Positions 54,278-62,775 of a stretch of 64,000 nt of DNA are shown piece after piece (the first letter of the stretch is position 1; the number at the start of each line of letters is the position of its first letter). A program made the position numbers and the translations under genes. Under the pieces are notes generated by a model. The model saw only the letters and a list, made by a program, of their open reading frames with translations. It ran no database searches and had not been told where the DNA came from. Source of the stretch: an uncultured Gammaproteobacteria bacterium (lineage in GTDB: Bacteria > Patescibacteriota > Patescibacteriia > SG8-24 > DYFX01); assembly GCA_964404275.1 (NCBI GenBank), contig CAYOJH010000005.1, positions 4,471 to 68,470 on the forward strand, written 5' to 3'.

Positions 54278-54852
54278 TGCGGATCGTGTTGATCGCCGGC
54301 GGATCCGGGTCCGGCAAGACGACCGTTGCGCTCCTGCTTGCCGAGAAGCACCCGGATTGGACCGTCATCCATCTCGACAACTACCAGCGGCCGACGGAAG
54401 AGGTTCCGCGGCTTGGACGCTGGCGCAACTGGGATCATCCCGACGCGATCGACTTCGACGCGCTTCTCGGCCATCTCCAAGCGCTAAGGCGCGGAGAGTC
54501 CGTGGACGTCAAAGTGCGCAGCCAGACGAAGCAGACGAACGTCTTCAAGTTCGAACCCGTCACGCTCGCGCCCGGGCCGGTCATCCTGCTCGAGGGGTAT
54601 CTCGCGCTCTGGCATCCCGAAGTCCGCGCGATGGCGGAGCAGGGCTTTTACCTCGACGCGCCCCAGGCCTTGCGCCTCGATCGCCGTCGTTGGAAAAAGA
54701 GCCCCGAATACGTCGCAAACGTGCTCGAGCCGATGTTCCGCGAGCACCTCGAACCGACCAAGGCCTTCGCCGACGTCATCCTCGATACCAGCGAAGACTC
54801 GGCCGCGCGCATCGCCGCGATCCTCGACTTCATCCTCGCGCCGGGCCAATAG
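54277..54852 (+). CDS. udk: Uridine/cytidine kinase-like P-loop nucleoside kinase
   Basis: Walker A IAGGSGSGKTT; HLQALRRGESVD, VILLEGYLAL, MFREHLEPTKAFADVILD align with E. coli Udk motifs. Confidence 0.75.
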   Translation: MRIVLIAGGSGSGKTTVALLLAEKHPDWTVIHLDNYQRPTEEVPRLGRWRNWDHPDAIDFDALLGHLQALRRGESVDVKVRSQTKQTNVFKFEPVTLAPGPVILLEGYLALWHPEVRAMAEQGFYLDAPQALRLDRRRWKKSPEYVANVLEPMFREHLEPTKAFADVILDTSEDSAARIAAILDFILAPGQ

Positions 54853-54864
54853 CCCGGTTTTTTC
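54841..54864 (+). terminator. Rho-independent terminator after udk
   Basis: CCGGGC-CAATA-GCCCGG then TTTTTTC. Confidence 0.6.
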
Positions 54865-54877
54865 TTTCCCCTGAATC

Positions 54878-54906
54878 TTGCCTATTTTCGGGCTTTTCGC
54901 TATAGT
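54878..54906 (+). promoter_or_regulatory. Strong sigma-70-type promoter TTGCCT-N17-TATAGT for leaderless infC
   Basis: -10 ends 7 nt before ATG 54914; no SD. Confidence 0.65.
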
Positions 54907-54913
54907 CTGGAGC

Positions 54914-55465
54914 ATGCGTATCCATCCTAAAAAGTTCCGCCGCCCCGTCGAGGTCGCGCCGCTCTATCGGGCCAACTCGCAAATTCTGTCGCCCGAAGTC
55001 CGCGTGATCGACGAGACCGGCGTGAACCTCGGCGTGCTGCCGACGGCTCAGGCCCTCGGCATTGCCCAGGAACGCGGCTACGACCTCGTCGAGGTGGACC
55101 CGCGCCCGCAGCCGCCGATCGCCAAGATCCTGAACCTCGGCCAATTCAAGTACGAGCGCGAGCGCGAAATGCGCAAGCAGAAGGCCAAGGCCAAGCAGGT
55201 GGAAGTCAAAGGCATCCGCCTCTCCCCTCGCATCGGCGCGCACGACCTCGAAACCCGCATGCGCCTGGCGGAGCGCTTCCTGGACGAGGGCGACAAGCTC
55301 CGGATCGAGATCATCCTGCGCGGCCGCGAGAAAGCGCACTCTGAGCTGGCCAAAGGCGTGATCCAGGGTTTCGTCAAGCAATTGCAGGAGAAATTCCCCT
55401 TGAATATCGAGCAGGCGATCCAGGTCCAGGGAGGCCAGTTGACAATGATCGTCGGAAAGAAGTAA
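54914..55465 (+). CDS. infC: Translation initiation factor IF-3
   Basis: ILSPEVRVIDETGVNLGVL...YDLVEV...KILNLGQFKYEREREMR...VKGIRLSPRIGAHDLETR IF3 N- and C-domains. Confidence 0.85.
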   Translation: MRIHPKKFRRPVEVAPLYRANSQILSPEVRVIDETGVNLGVLPTAQALGIAQERGYDLVEVDPRPQPPIAKILNLGQFKYEREREMRKQKAKAKQVEVKGIRLSPRIGAHDLETRMRLAERFLDEGDKLRIEIILRGREKAHSELAKGVIQGFVKQLQEKFPLNIEQAIQVQGGQLTMIVGKK

Positions 55466-55478
55466 GCTAGCAGCCGCT

Positions 55479-55679
55479 ATGAAAGCCAAAACGAAGAAAG
55501 CCTTCGCCAAGCGCATCAAAGTCACCAAAAATGGCAAACTTTTGAAGCGCGCGGCCGGCCAGGATCACTTCAACGCCCGCGACACGGGCACGCAGACCAA
55601 GCGCAAGCGCCGGGACACCAACATGTCGGAGTCCTACCGCCACTCGCTCAAGAGCCTGCTTCCTAATCACAACGTCTAA
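55479..55679 (+). CDS. rpmI: 50S ribosomal protein L35
   Basis: Small basic protein MKAKTKKAFAKRIKVTKNGKLLKR; between infC and rplT. Confidence 0.85.
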   Translation: MKAKTKKAFAKRIKVTKNGKLLKRAAGQDHFNARDTGTQTKRKRRDTNMSESYRHSLKSLLPNHNV

Positions 55680-55681
55680 GT

Positions 55682-56041
55682 ATGCCGCGCGTCAAACGAG
55701 GTCTCGTCCGCGCCCGCAAGCGCGCCCGCATCTTGAAAAAGACGAAGGGCATGATGTGGGGCCGCAAGAGCAAGATCAAGCTGGCCAAAACCGCCGCCAC
55801 CAAGGCCGGCGCTTACGCCTACCGCGATCGCCGCACCAAAAAGCGCGACATGCGCTCCCTCTGGCTGATCCGCCTGAACGCGGGTCTCCGCGAACTCGGC
55901 CTGTCCTACAGCAAGTTCGCCGGCATGCTCAAAAAGGCCAAAATCAGCCTCGACCGCAAGGTCCTGGCCGATCTGGCCGCCAACCACCCGCCGATCTTCA
56001 AGGCCCTGGTCGAAACGACCCAGAAACTGGCCTCCAACTGA
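55682..56041 (+). CDS. rplT: 50S ribosomal protein L20
   Basis: MPRVKRGLVRARKRARILKKTKG...YRDRRTKKRDMRSLWLIRLNA conserved L20. Confidence 0.9.
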   Translation: MPRVKRGLVRARKRARILKKTKGMMWGRKSKIKLAKTAATKAGAYAYRDRRTKKRDMRSLWLIRLNAGLRELGLSYSKFAGMLKKAKISLDRKVLADLAANHPPIFKALVETTQKLASN

Positions 56042-56053
56042 GCCAAAAACCGG

Positions 56054-56090
56054 AAAAGTCAAGGCGCTTCAAAACGCCTTGACTTTTTTG
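56054..56090 (+). terminator. Rho-independent terminator after rplT
   Basis: AAAAGTCAAGGCG-cttcaaaa-CGCCTTGAC then TTTTTT. Confidence 0.8.
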
Positions 56091-56178
56091 CGTTTTCCTG
56101 TTACCCTGGCGCGTTGCTCTTTGGAAAATTCACCCCTACCGAAAACCCCTAGCCCGACACCAAGAAAGAGAGGTGGCT

Positions 56179-57414
56179 ATGGGCCACTCCAGCGTCGTCC
56201 CGTCCGAAAAGGACCCGCCCTGCGAGAAGTGCAACCAAGACTGGCAACGTCACACGCTCCTGGGCATGAAAGACGGCGTGTTCCACATGGAATGCGACCG
56301 CGATCCCGCCCTCGGCATCGACCCGAACCTGCAGAGGATCGACGACTTGCTCGCGGCCGAAAAGAACGCCAAGAGCCTCGAAGATCGCCTGACGCAGCGC
56401 GTGGCCGATCGGGAAGACGAGCACAAGGCTCGGATCCAGACCCTCGAACAGGAGCTAAGGCAGAAGAGCCTCAGGCTTCAGGATCTGGAAGCCCGCGCCG
56501 GCCGCCAAGATGAAGTCATCAGGGAGACCTGCGATAGGGCTCTCGACGCGCAGAAGAGGGTCCATGCGGCCGAGATCGATCCGCTTCGCCAGAAGCTGGC
56601 CGATCACGCGGAGCTGCAAACCAAGCTGGCCGAAAGCGAAAACAACTATCGGCTGGCCAAGAGCGGCAACGACGCGCTCATCGCCGACGCGCACAAGCTC
56701 AACGAAGCGTTGGCGAAAGCCAAAGAGGAAACCGCGAAAGCGCGCTTCAATCTGAATCTCGCCGAAGGCGAGCTGGAGCAGTTGCGCAGCGACTACGAGA
56801 GCCTCAAGAAGGGTCTCGAGAACCAGACGATCCGCGTCGGCCAACTCGAAGCCCAGCTGCTCGCGCGGCACGCTCCGGCCACTCCCCCGCCCTTCAAAAA
56901 GGCCGAGGAGAAGGCGCCAGTGCCCGCCGCGCCGGACACCGTCCAGATGCCGGCGGCGGAGCTTCCGAACGAGAAGGAGTTCCTCGTTCCCGACGAGGTC
57001 TCCGTGATCGAGGAGAAAGAAGCCATCGCGATCGGCGGCGGCAACACGGAAGCGCTGCAGAGCATGGATCTCATCCCGCTCGACCCCGTATCGAAGGGGG
57101 AAGAGGACGAGGAAGAGGCCTTCGAAGCTCCGCCGTGCGACGTCTGCGGTCAGACCGCCGTCGCGCAAGCGCCTTTCGAACCCAAGCCCGGCGCGACGGA
57201 CGATGACGGACAGCTGATGGGACCGGCCACGCTCTACGCCTGTCTCAAGGACAGCCAAGACTGCAACGGTTTCCAAGCCGCCCTGGGCGCGCTGGAAGAG
57301 CACTTCCAAAATCCTCCCAAGGATCTGGAAGAGCTCCGCAAGCGTTTCCGGCCGTTGTATCCCGCCGCGCACCTCGTCTCCAACGACCGCACCCAAGAGG
57401 AGATCCGCTCATGA
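56179..57414 (+). CDS. Coiled-coil protein with symmetric terminal CxxC zinc-ribbon-like motifs
   Basis: N-term PPCEKC...H...HMEC and C-term PPCDVC...C...C flanking ~250 aa of heptad-like Ala/Glu/Leu/Lys-rich sequence; RBS GAGAGG. Confidence 0.55.
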   Translation: MGHSSVVPSEKDPPCEKCNQDWQRHTLLGMKDGVFHMECDRDPALGIDPNLQRIDDLLAAEKNAKSLEDRLTQRVADREDEHKARIQTLEQELRQKSLRLQDLEARAGRQDEVIRETCDRALDAQKRVHAAEIDPLRQKLADHAELQTKLAESENNYRLAKSGNDALIADAHKLNEALAKAKEETAKARFNLNLAEGELEQLRSDYESLKKGLENQTIRVGQLEAQLLARHAPATPPPFKKAEEKAPVPAAPDTVQMPAAELPNEKEFLVPDEVSVIEEKEAIAIGGGNTEALQSMDLIPLDPVSKGEEDEEEAFEAPPCDVCGQTAVAQAPFEPKPGATDDDGQLMGPATLYACLKDSQDCNGFQAALGALEEHFQNPPKDLEELRKRFRPLYPAAHLVSNDRTQEEIRS

Positions 57415-57875
57415 ACGTCAACGATCCGCGCATCGTCCATACGCAACGGCCTTCGGAGACCGAGGAGCCTTCCTCGAAAAGGAAGATTCTCGGGATCCTG
57501 GCGGCCGTCGTGGGCGCCCTGATTCTCGCGATCGTCACCTATAGCTTCGTGTATGACCGCTTCGGCGGCTCGAACGAAGCGTCGGCGAACGTCGTGGAAT
57601 CGCGCGGCGTCGTCAGTCGGGCCGCGGTCGCCGAAACCCTCCAGAAGGAGGATGCCTTCTGCGCGGCGCATGGCAAGGAAGACGGTTTCAACGCCTGGTT
57701 CTGCGGCGACGGCCATCGATGGATGGGCGACGTCAACGGCCAGCTGGAGAAGCTCGACACGAGATCGCCCGCGCACATCAAGTACCTGGCGCTCGCCTTC
57801 GTCGCCCTGCTCATCTGGAACGTCATCCTGACGGCGAAGCTCGCCGGCAAGAAAGACAAAGAAGACGCACCGTAG
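57411..57875 (+). CDS. Membrane protein (two TM), hypothetical, translationally coupled to coiled-coil protein
   Basis: ATGA overlap; TM1 ILGILAAVVGALILAIVTYSFV, TM2 YLALAFVALLIWNVILTAKL. Confidence 0.5.
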   Translation: MNVNDPRIVHTQRPSETEEPSSKRKILGILAAVVGALILAIVTYSFVYDRFGGSNEASANVVESRGVVSRAAVAETLQKEDAFCAAHGKEDGFNAWFCGDGHRWMGDVNGQLEKLDTRSPAHIKYLALAFVALLIWNVILTAKLAGKKDKEDAP

Positions 57876-57934
57876 GGGTGCTCAGCTCGGACCGGCTCGT
57901 CCTCGCGCAAGCGACGACGGGCCTTTTCTTTTTT

Positions 57935-59203
57935 TCAAACGGGGATGGCGTCGGGCGCGGTCGCGAATCCGCTTTGCGGCTCTCCGGAGCGGGCGATCGG
58001 CGGGTGGCCGTCAGACGCGGCGTAGCCGTAGCGGCGTCCGTCGAGTCCGTAAAGCGCGAAGAGCGGGACTCCGCCCAGCTCACGGCTGAGCGGATCGAAG
58101 GCCAGATAGCCGACGATGGCGCCGTCCGGATCGGCGACGGCGCGACAGCGCAGCAAGCGTCCGCGCTTCCCGTAGCAAAGAATGGATGAGGGAACGCGTC
58201 CGCGCACGGAGGCGCGCGAAAGCGGGTGCCCGGGCCGGAACGCGCCGTAGCGGACTTCGGCGGGTTCGATGCCGAGGGCTTCCGAGAAGGAAACGTCGTC
58301 GGCCGCCGGATGGGCGCGCAGCGTTTCGGCGAGCGGCTCGGCCATGCGACGCTCAAGCTCCGAAGCGCGTGGATGCGCCGCCAGCTGTTCCAGCGCGTCA
58401 GCCGCCTCGGACGCCGCCAGATGCGAAAAGCGTTCATGCCAGGCCTCCGGCAGGCGGAACATGAGGGTGGAATCGGTTTTGATCGAAGTTGGCGGAGCGA
58501 GCCGTCCGCCGGCAAAAGCGTTTTTCGCGGCGGCGGCGCCGAGGAGACGAACGAAATCCTCATCAGTCTCGTCCCAAAAAGAGAGGCGCGAGCGGTTTTG
58601 TTCAGAGAGCGCTTCGAGCAGCGCGTGCGCGGCGCGCGTGCGCGGAGAAGGCTCCGCCGCGCCTTCGCGATCCAGCAGCGCCGAAGCGGCGCTTCCGAGC
58701 GCGCGCGCGAAGTCGCGCGATTTTTCATCCGCGCCTTGGGCCTCCCCTTTCAGTACGCAAGACGCTGCCAGCGTTTTCAAAGCCGCTGCTTGGCGCGTCG
58801 CCCCGCAAGCGCGCGCGTGGCCCGCGAAAAGACCGAGGAGCGGCCGCAAAGCCTGTTCCCAAACCTCCTCGCCGTCACGCTCTTGGCGCAGCGCGACCGT
58901 GGCCGGTCCGCGCAGGCGTTCCCGCGCTTCCTTGCAGCCTGGCGCGAAGATCTCGCGCAGCGCGACCGCCAGCGCGCGAGACGTGTTCACGTCCGCGTGC
59001 GCGCTCGAGCCCGGGCCGAGCCGTTGCATCCAGGCTTCAGGCGCTTCCAGATACGCCGAAGCCAGCGCGGCGGCGCGTTCGCGCTCCGCCGGCGAAGCTT
59101 CGAAGACGCGCTCGCGATCGGCCAGGCGGTCGATGACCGTCCGGAGATCCGTCTCTGCGAGATCGTCGTCGGTCAGCAGGCGACGCAGCGTTTCGGCCTT
59201 CAT
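57935..59203 (-). CDS. Hypothetical protein (422 aa)
   Basis: Start MKAETLRRL overlapping upstream stop (ATGA); diverse composition; no motif recognised. Antisense long ORFs judged artifacts. Confidence 0.4.
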   Translation of the reverse strand: MKAETLRRLLTDDDLAETDLRTVIDRLADRERVFEASPAERERAAALASAYLEAPEAWMQRLGPGSSAHADVNTSRALAVALREIFAPGCKEARERLRGPATVALRQERDGEEVWEQALRPLLGLFAGHARACGATRQAAALKTLAASCVLKGEAQGADEKSRDFARALGSAASALLDREGAAEPSPRTRAAHALLEALSEQNRSRLSFWDETDEDFVRLLGAAAAKNAFAGGRLAPPTSIKTDSTLMFRLPEAWHERFSHLAASEAADALEQLAAHPRASELERRMAEPLAETLRAHPAADDVSFSEALGIEPAEVRYGAFRPGHPLSRASVRGRVPSSILCYGKRGRLLRCRAVADPDGAIVGYLAFDPLSRELGGVPLFALYGLDGRRYGYAASDGHPPIARSGEPQSGFATAPDAIPV

Positions 59204-59556
59204 AGATGCAGCTCGTCGCGCAGAAGTTCCGCCCGATCGAGGCATTCGCGGCCGAAGCGGTCAAGCGCCGAACGGACGCGCGCTTCAGCGTCCGGCACGC
59301 GCACGTCGAAAAAAGCGATCAACTCATCCTCGCTGGCGCCCTCTTCGGCCAGCGCGCGGAAGGCCCGGAGCGAATGCGGGTCGATCGCGTGCATCAACTC
59401 GAAGCCGACGCGCCTTTGCGCTTCCACGGTCAGCGCGTCCACCGTCTCGGCGCGCTCTTCCTCCGGCGCATGCGCGAAGCCGGCCTTGGCGAGCAAGGCT
59501 TCGACATAGGCGCGGATCGGGTCATGCGCGAAGACGGAGACCAGTGGAAGGTCCAT
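59200..59556 (-). CDS. Small acidic hypothetical protein (118 aa)
   Basis: Internal Met start 45 nt after hbd stop; ends with ATGA coupling to downstream gene. Confidence 0.35.
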   Translation of the reverse strand: MDLPLVSVFAHDPIRAYVEALLAKAGFAHAPEEERAETVDALTVEAQRRVGFELMHAIDPHSLRAFRALAEEGASEDELIAFFDVRVPDAEARVRSALDRFGRECLDRAELLRDELHL

Positions 59557-59600
59557 ACCATGACAGCATAACAAAAAAAGCTCCCGCGCTGAAGCGGGAA

Positions 59601-60500
59601 CTAGCGAGTCTGTGCCAAGAGGGCGCCGACCGACTCGTTGAGCTTGGGATGCTTGCGATCGGCGTAGTCGTAGAAGCCCTTGCCGGTCTTGCGGCCCTTG
59701 TCGCCTTCTTCGATCATCCGCTCGAGCAACCTGGGCGGCGTGAAAGCCGGGCCCAAGCCGCCGTGATAGAGATGCTCGGCGATCGCGTAGATGACGTCGA
59801 GGCCGACGAAATCCATCAGCTCGAAGGGCCCCATCGGATGCTTCAGGCCTTCGCGGACGCTGACGTCCGTGTTCTGCACGTCGCTCAAGAAGGCGCACAT
59901 GCGGATGGCTTCGAGCTGCTGCACGAGCATCAGGCGGTTGACCCGGTAGCCGGGCGTGGTCGGCGCGTCGATGGGCAGATGCCCGAGCGCAGTCACGAAG
60001 ACCTTGCCCGCCTCGCACGTCGCGAGCGAGGCCATCGGCGCGGCGAATTCGACCAGCGTCATGACCTCGACGGGATTGAAGAAGTGCAGACCGAGAAAGC
60101 GCTCGGGGCGATGCGACGCCTGCGCCAGGTCATGCACGTCGATGGACGACGTGTTGGTGGCCAGCACGGCTTCCGCCTTCAGGATATCCTTGAGCCTCCC
60201 GTAACAGTCCTCCTTGGCGGCGAAATCCTCGACGATCGATTCGATGACCAGGTTGCAGTCGGCCAAGGCGGCGGCGTCATGCGACCAGTCGATCCCGGTC
60301 TTGAGCGCGATGTGCTGTTCCACGCTCAGTTTCTGGCGCTCGCGATCCTTGATGACCGCATCATCGAACCGCTTGCGGGCCCCGTACAACGAAGCCTCGC
60401 GCCCGACGATGACGACGTGAAAGTCGCGCAGGGCCGCCAGGCGGGCGATGCCCGTGCCCATAACGCCGGTACCGACGATGCCGATCTTGCCAAGCTCCAT
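59601..60500 (-). CDS. hbd: 3-hydroxyacyl-CoA (3-hydroxybutyryl-CoA) dehydrogenase
   Basis: GIVGTGVMGTGIA Rossmann motif, conserved S-H-E pattern (TNTSS...HFFNPV); AAGGAG RBS 6 nt upstream of ATG 60500. Confidence 0.85.
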   Translation of the reverse strand: MELGKIGIVGTGVMGTGIARLAALRDFHVVIVGREASLYGARKRFDDAVIKDRERQKLSVEQHIALKTGIDWSHDAAALADCNLVIESIVEDFAAKEDCYGRLKDILKAEAVLATNTSSIDVHDLAQASHRPERFLGLHFFNPVEVMTLVEFAAPMASLATCEAGKVFVTALGHLPIDAPTTPGYRVNRLMLVQQLEAIRMCAFLSDVQNTDVSVREGLKHPMGPFELMDFVGLDVIYAIAEHLYHGGLGPAFTPPRLLERMIEEGDKGRKTGKGFYDYADRKHPKLNESVGALLAQTR

Positions 60501-60536
60501 GACTTGCTCCTTGTTGAGAGAAAAGAACCAGGCCAA

Positions 60537-60564
60537 AGGATAACGCAAAAACGGAAAATGTCAA
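60537..60564 (-). promoter_or_regulatory. Sigma-70-type promoter TTGACA-N16-TATCCT for hbd
   Basis: Minus strand gcccTTGACAttttccgtttttgcgtTATCCT ~35 nt upstream of RBS. Confidence 0.5.
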
Positions 60565-60609
60565 GGGCAGAAAAAGCCCCTCGCGCTGGCGAAGGGCATG
60601 GCGGAGGAA

Positions 60610-61086
60610 CTATGGCGCCGAGGAGCCCCATTCGAAGCAGGCTTTCCAGGCTTCGAGCGCGCGTTGATCCGGGATCAGGCAGCCCTGGTCGAGCCTGCCG
60701 AGAAGCGGGAGATCATCCCGTTCGCGCAGGCGCGCGACCACGAACGCGAGCACCGACGGCAGCGTGCCGCATCTGGCGGCGATCACGGCCGTCGTGACGG
60801 CATCGGGGATCGGAAACGGACGGGCCGCGTAGCCGTTCGACCGCACGATCTGCACGGCCGCCCAATCGCAGTAGCCTCGAACCGACAGGGTCGCGCCGCG
60901 CTCGAGATCCGCGCCATAAAGCGCCCGAATGGCGTCCTCGTCGCCGTCTTCGACGACGCAAGGAACGAAGGCCGCCATCACCTCGCCGTTCTCCATGTGC
61001 GGATCGAGCGCCGTGATCAGTGCCGCGGCGATCTCCGAACCGAGCTCGGCCTGCGCGCGCGAGAGTCGTGAAAGAAAGTCGGCCAT
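60610..61086 (-). CDS. Hypothetical protein (158 aa)
   Basis: AGGAGG RBS 6 nt upstream of Met 61086; terminator-like hairpin downstream (60570-60600). Confidence 0.5.
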   Translation of the reverse strand: MADFLSRLSRAQAELGSEIAAALITALDPHMENGEVMAAFVPCVVEDGDEDAIRALYGADLERGATLSVRGYCDWAAVQIVRSNGYAARPFPIPDAVTTAVIAARCGTLPSVLAFVVARLRERDDLPLLGRLDQGCLIPDQRALEAWKACFEWGSSAP

Positions 61087-61144
61087 GTCGAACCTCCTGC
61101 AGAAAAAGATGCGCTCTTTTTTCCGATGCGTCAAGGCGGCTTCC

Positions 61145-62767
61145 TCACCGCGGCAGCGCGCAGCCGGTCCGGTCCGAAAGCGCCTTGAGGGATTGTTCAC
61201 CGACCAGGCGCGAGCCATCGGTGAATTCCCAAGTCGGATAGTCTTTGATGTTTTTGTTCGCGCAGACGTCGAGTTCGCTCTTGCCGTCCTCCGAGTTGCA
61301 TTCGACGTACGGCAGCCGCTCGGTCCCGCCGGCGAAGAGTTTCTTCTGCGCCTGGCAGTGATCGCAGGTGGACGCTCCGTAGAACACGGCGCCCTTGCTC
61401 TTCAAGCAGGCGGCGAACGACGCGTCCCAGATTTCCAACGTCATGAGCGCCTGGCGGATGACGTCCACGTTGGCATCCCATTTTTCGGCGGGCATGGAGG
61501 ATCCGATGAAATAGATGACGGCGTTCTTCATGGCCAGCACCGCGAGCGCGTGGTTCTTGACGCCCGCGTCCGTGTAGGTCGCTTCGAGAACGCGCGTGTC
61601 GAGACGGTCGCCGGAGAGCGCCTGGCTCTCGATTGTCGAAGAAAAATCTTTGTAGGTCCGGATCAATTCTTTCGAAAAGAATTGCGCGGCGTCGTCGGCA
61701 CTCTTGGCCTGGATGGCCGCCGCCGCGATGAAAGCGGTCTTGATCTGCGGATGGAACGGCTTGCCCTGAGACGCGCCCTGCGCGGGACCGTCGAACACGA
61801 TCGGCGAATCCGCTCCGCCTTTTTCGTTAACCGTCCAGCCCTTGGGCGGATGGAGGCTGAAGGCGAAGCTGTCGCTGACATACGGCTTGAGTTCCAGCGT
61901 TTCCCGTCCCGTGGGCGAGACCGGCGTGTTGCCGAGCGACCCGGAATACCCTTCGATGAGGGGTTTCTGCAACCAACCGGCGCCAAGGACGACGGCCGTC
62001 ATGACCACGATGCCGAGGCCGCAAAGGATGAGGCCCGCGCTGGCGACGCGCCGTTTCTTCGATGCCAAGCCTCTCCAGCCGCTCACCAATCCGTAGGCAT
62101 GCAGTTCGGCGCCGGCGAACGGGTTGAAGATCCACAGGAGCGGGGCGGCGATCGCGAACAGAAGAGCCGAGCCCGCATCTTTTTCCTTCATCTCTTCAGG
62201 CGATGGCGCCGGCCTTTTCTTCACGACGCCGATCAGGGTCAACAGCCAGACGAGCAGGCGCAGGAATCCGCCGACGATCATCAGCATGATGAAGAAGACG
62301 TTGAAGATCCCGGCGGTGAACAGGATGCGCAGAAGAATCGGAACGGACCCGCGGAGATCGGTCACTTCCAAAGCGGGCGCAGCGCCGTCCGAACTGAACC
62401 GGCCGCTGACCAGGACGGGAATTCCCCCGCCCTTGAAAGCCTCGAGGCCTTGGCAATCGGAGACGTCGAGCGGGAGGCTGAACGCCCCGTCGCGCAACGT
62501 GAACGTCTCTTCCGCGGCGGAATAGCGCAGGACGCCACTCAGCGTGATCTGCTGGAGGTTCCAGTAGTCGGGATGCAGGATGATGTCCTGGAGATCCGTG
62601 GTCCGGCCCTCGGCGTATGTCGCGCCGCATTCCGCACGCGGACCGTCGGACGAACCCGAACGGATGGACCAGTACAGATACGGCGCCGAAACCAACAAGG
62701 CGGTGGCCGACAGGAAGGCGGCCCAACCGGCGAATTTCTTGAAGATGCCCTTCATCTTGGGAGACAT
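61145..62767 (-). CDS. Membrane protein with C-terminal thioredoxin-like CxxC domain (VKOR-associated Trx-like) and central PsbP/DUF1795-like domain
   Basis: C-terminal AVFYGASTCDHCQAQKKLFAG...PYVEC...PTWEFTDGSRLVGEQSL thioredoxin-fold motif; several TM helices. Confidence 0.55.
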   Translation of the reverse strand: MSPKMKGIFKKFAGWAAFLSATALLVSAPYLYWSIRSGSSDGPRAECGATYAEGRTTDLQDIILHPDYWNLQQITLSGVLRYSAAEETFTLRDGAFSLPLDVSDCQGLEAFKGGGIPVLVSGRFSSDGAAPALEVTDLRGSVPILLRILFTAGIFNVFFIMLMIVGGFLRLLVWLLTLIGVVKKRPAPSPEEMKEKDAGSALLFAIAAPLLWIFNPFAGAELHAYGLVSGWRGLASKKRRVASAGLILCGLGIVVMTAVVLGAGWLQKPLIEGYSGSLGNTPVSPTGRETLELKPYVSDSFAFSLHPPKGWTVNEKGGADSPIVFDGPAQGASQGKPFHPQIKTAFIAAAAIQAKSADDAAQFFSKELIRTYKDFSSTIESQALSGDRLDTRVLEATYTDAGVKNHALAVLAMKNAVIYFIGSSMPAEKWDANVDVIRQALMTLEIWDASFAACLKSKGAVFYGASTCDHCQAQKKLFAGGTERLPYVECNSEDGKSELDVCANKNIKDYPTWEFTDGSRLVGEQSLKALSDRTGCALPR

Positions 62768-62775
62768 CGGGTTTT

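Noticed and set aside
54878-54913. Upstream ATG (MPIFGLF...) as infC start
   Set aside because: It overlaps the -35/-10 promoter elements. IF3 homology begins after the 54914 ATG.
54830-55537. 235-aa minus-strand ORF overlapping infC
   Set aside because: It is antisense to an unambiguous IF3 gene and has low-complexity composition.
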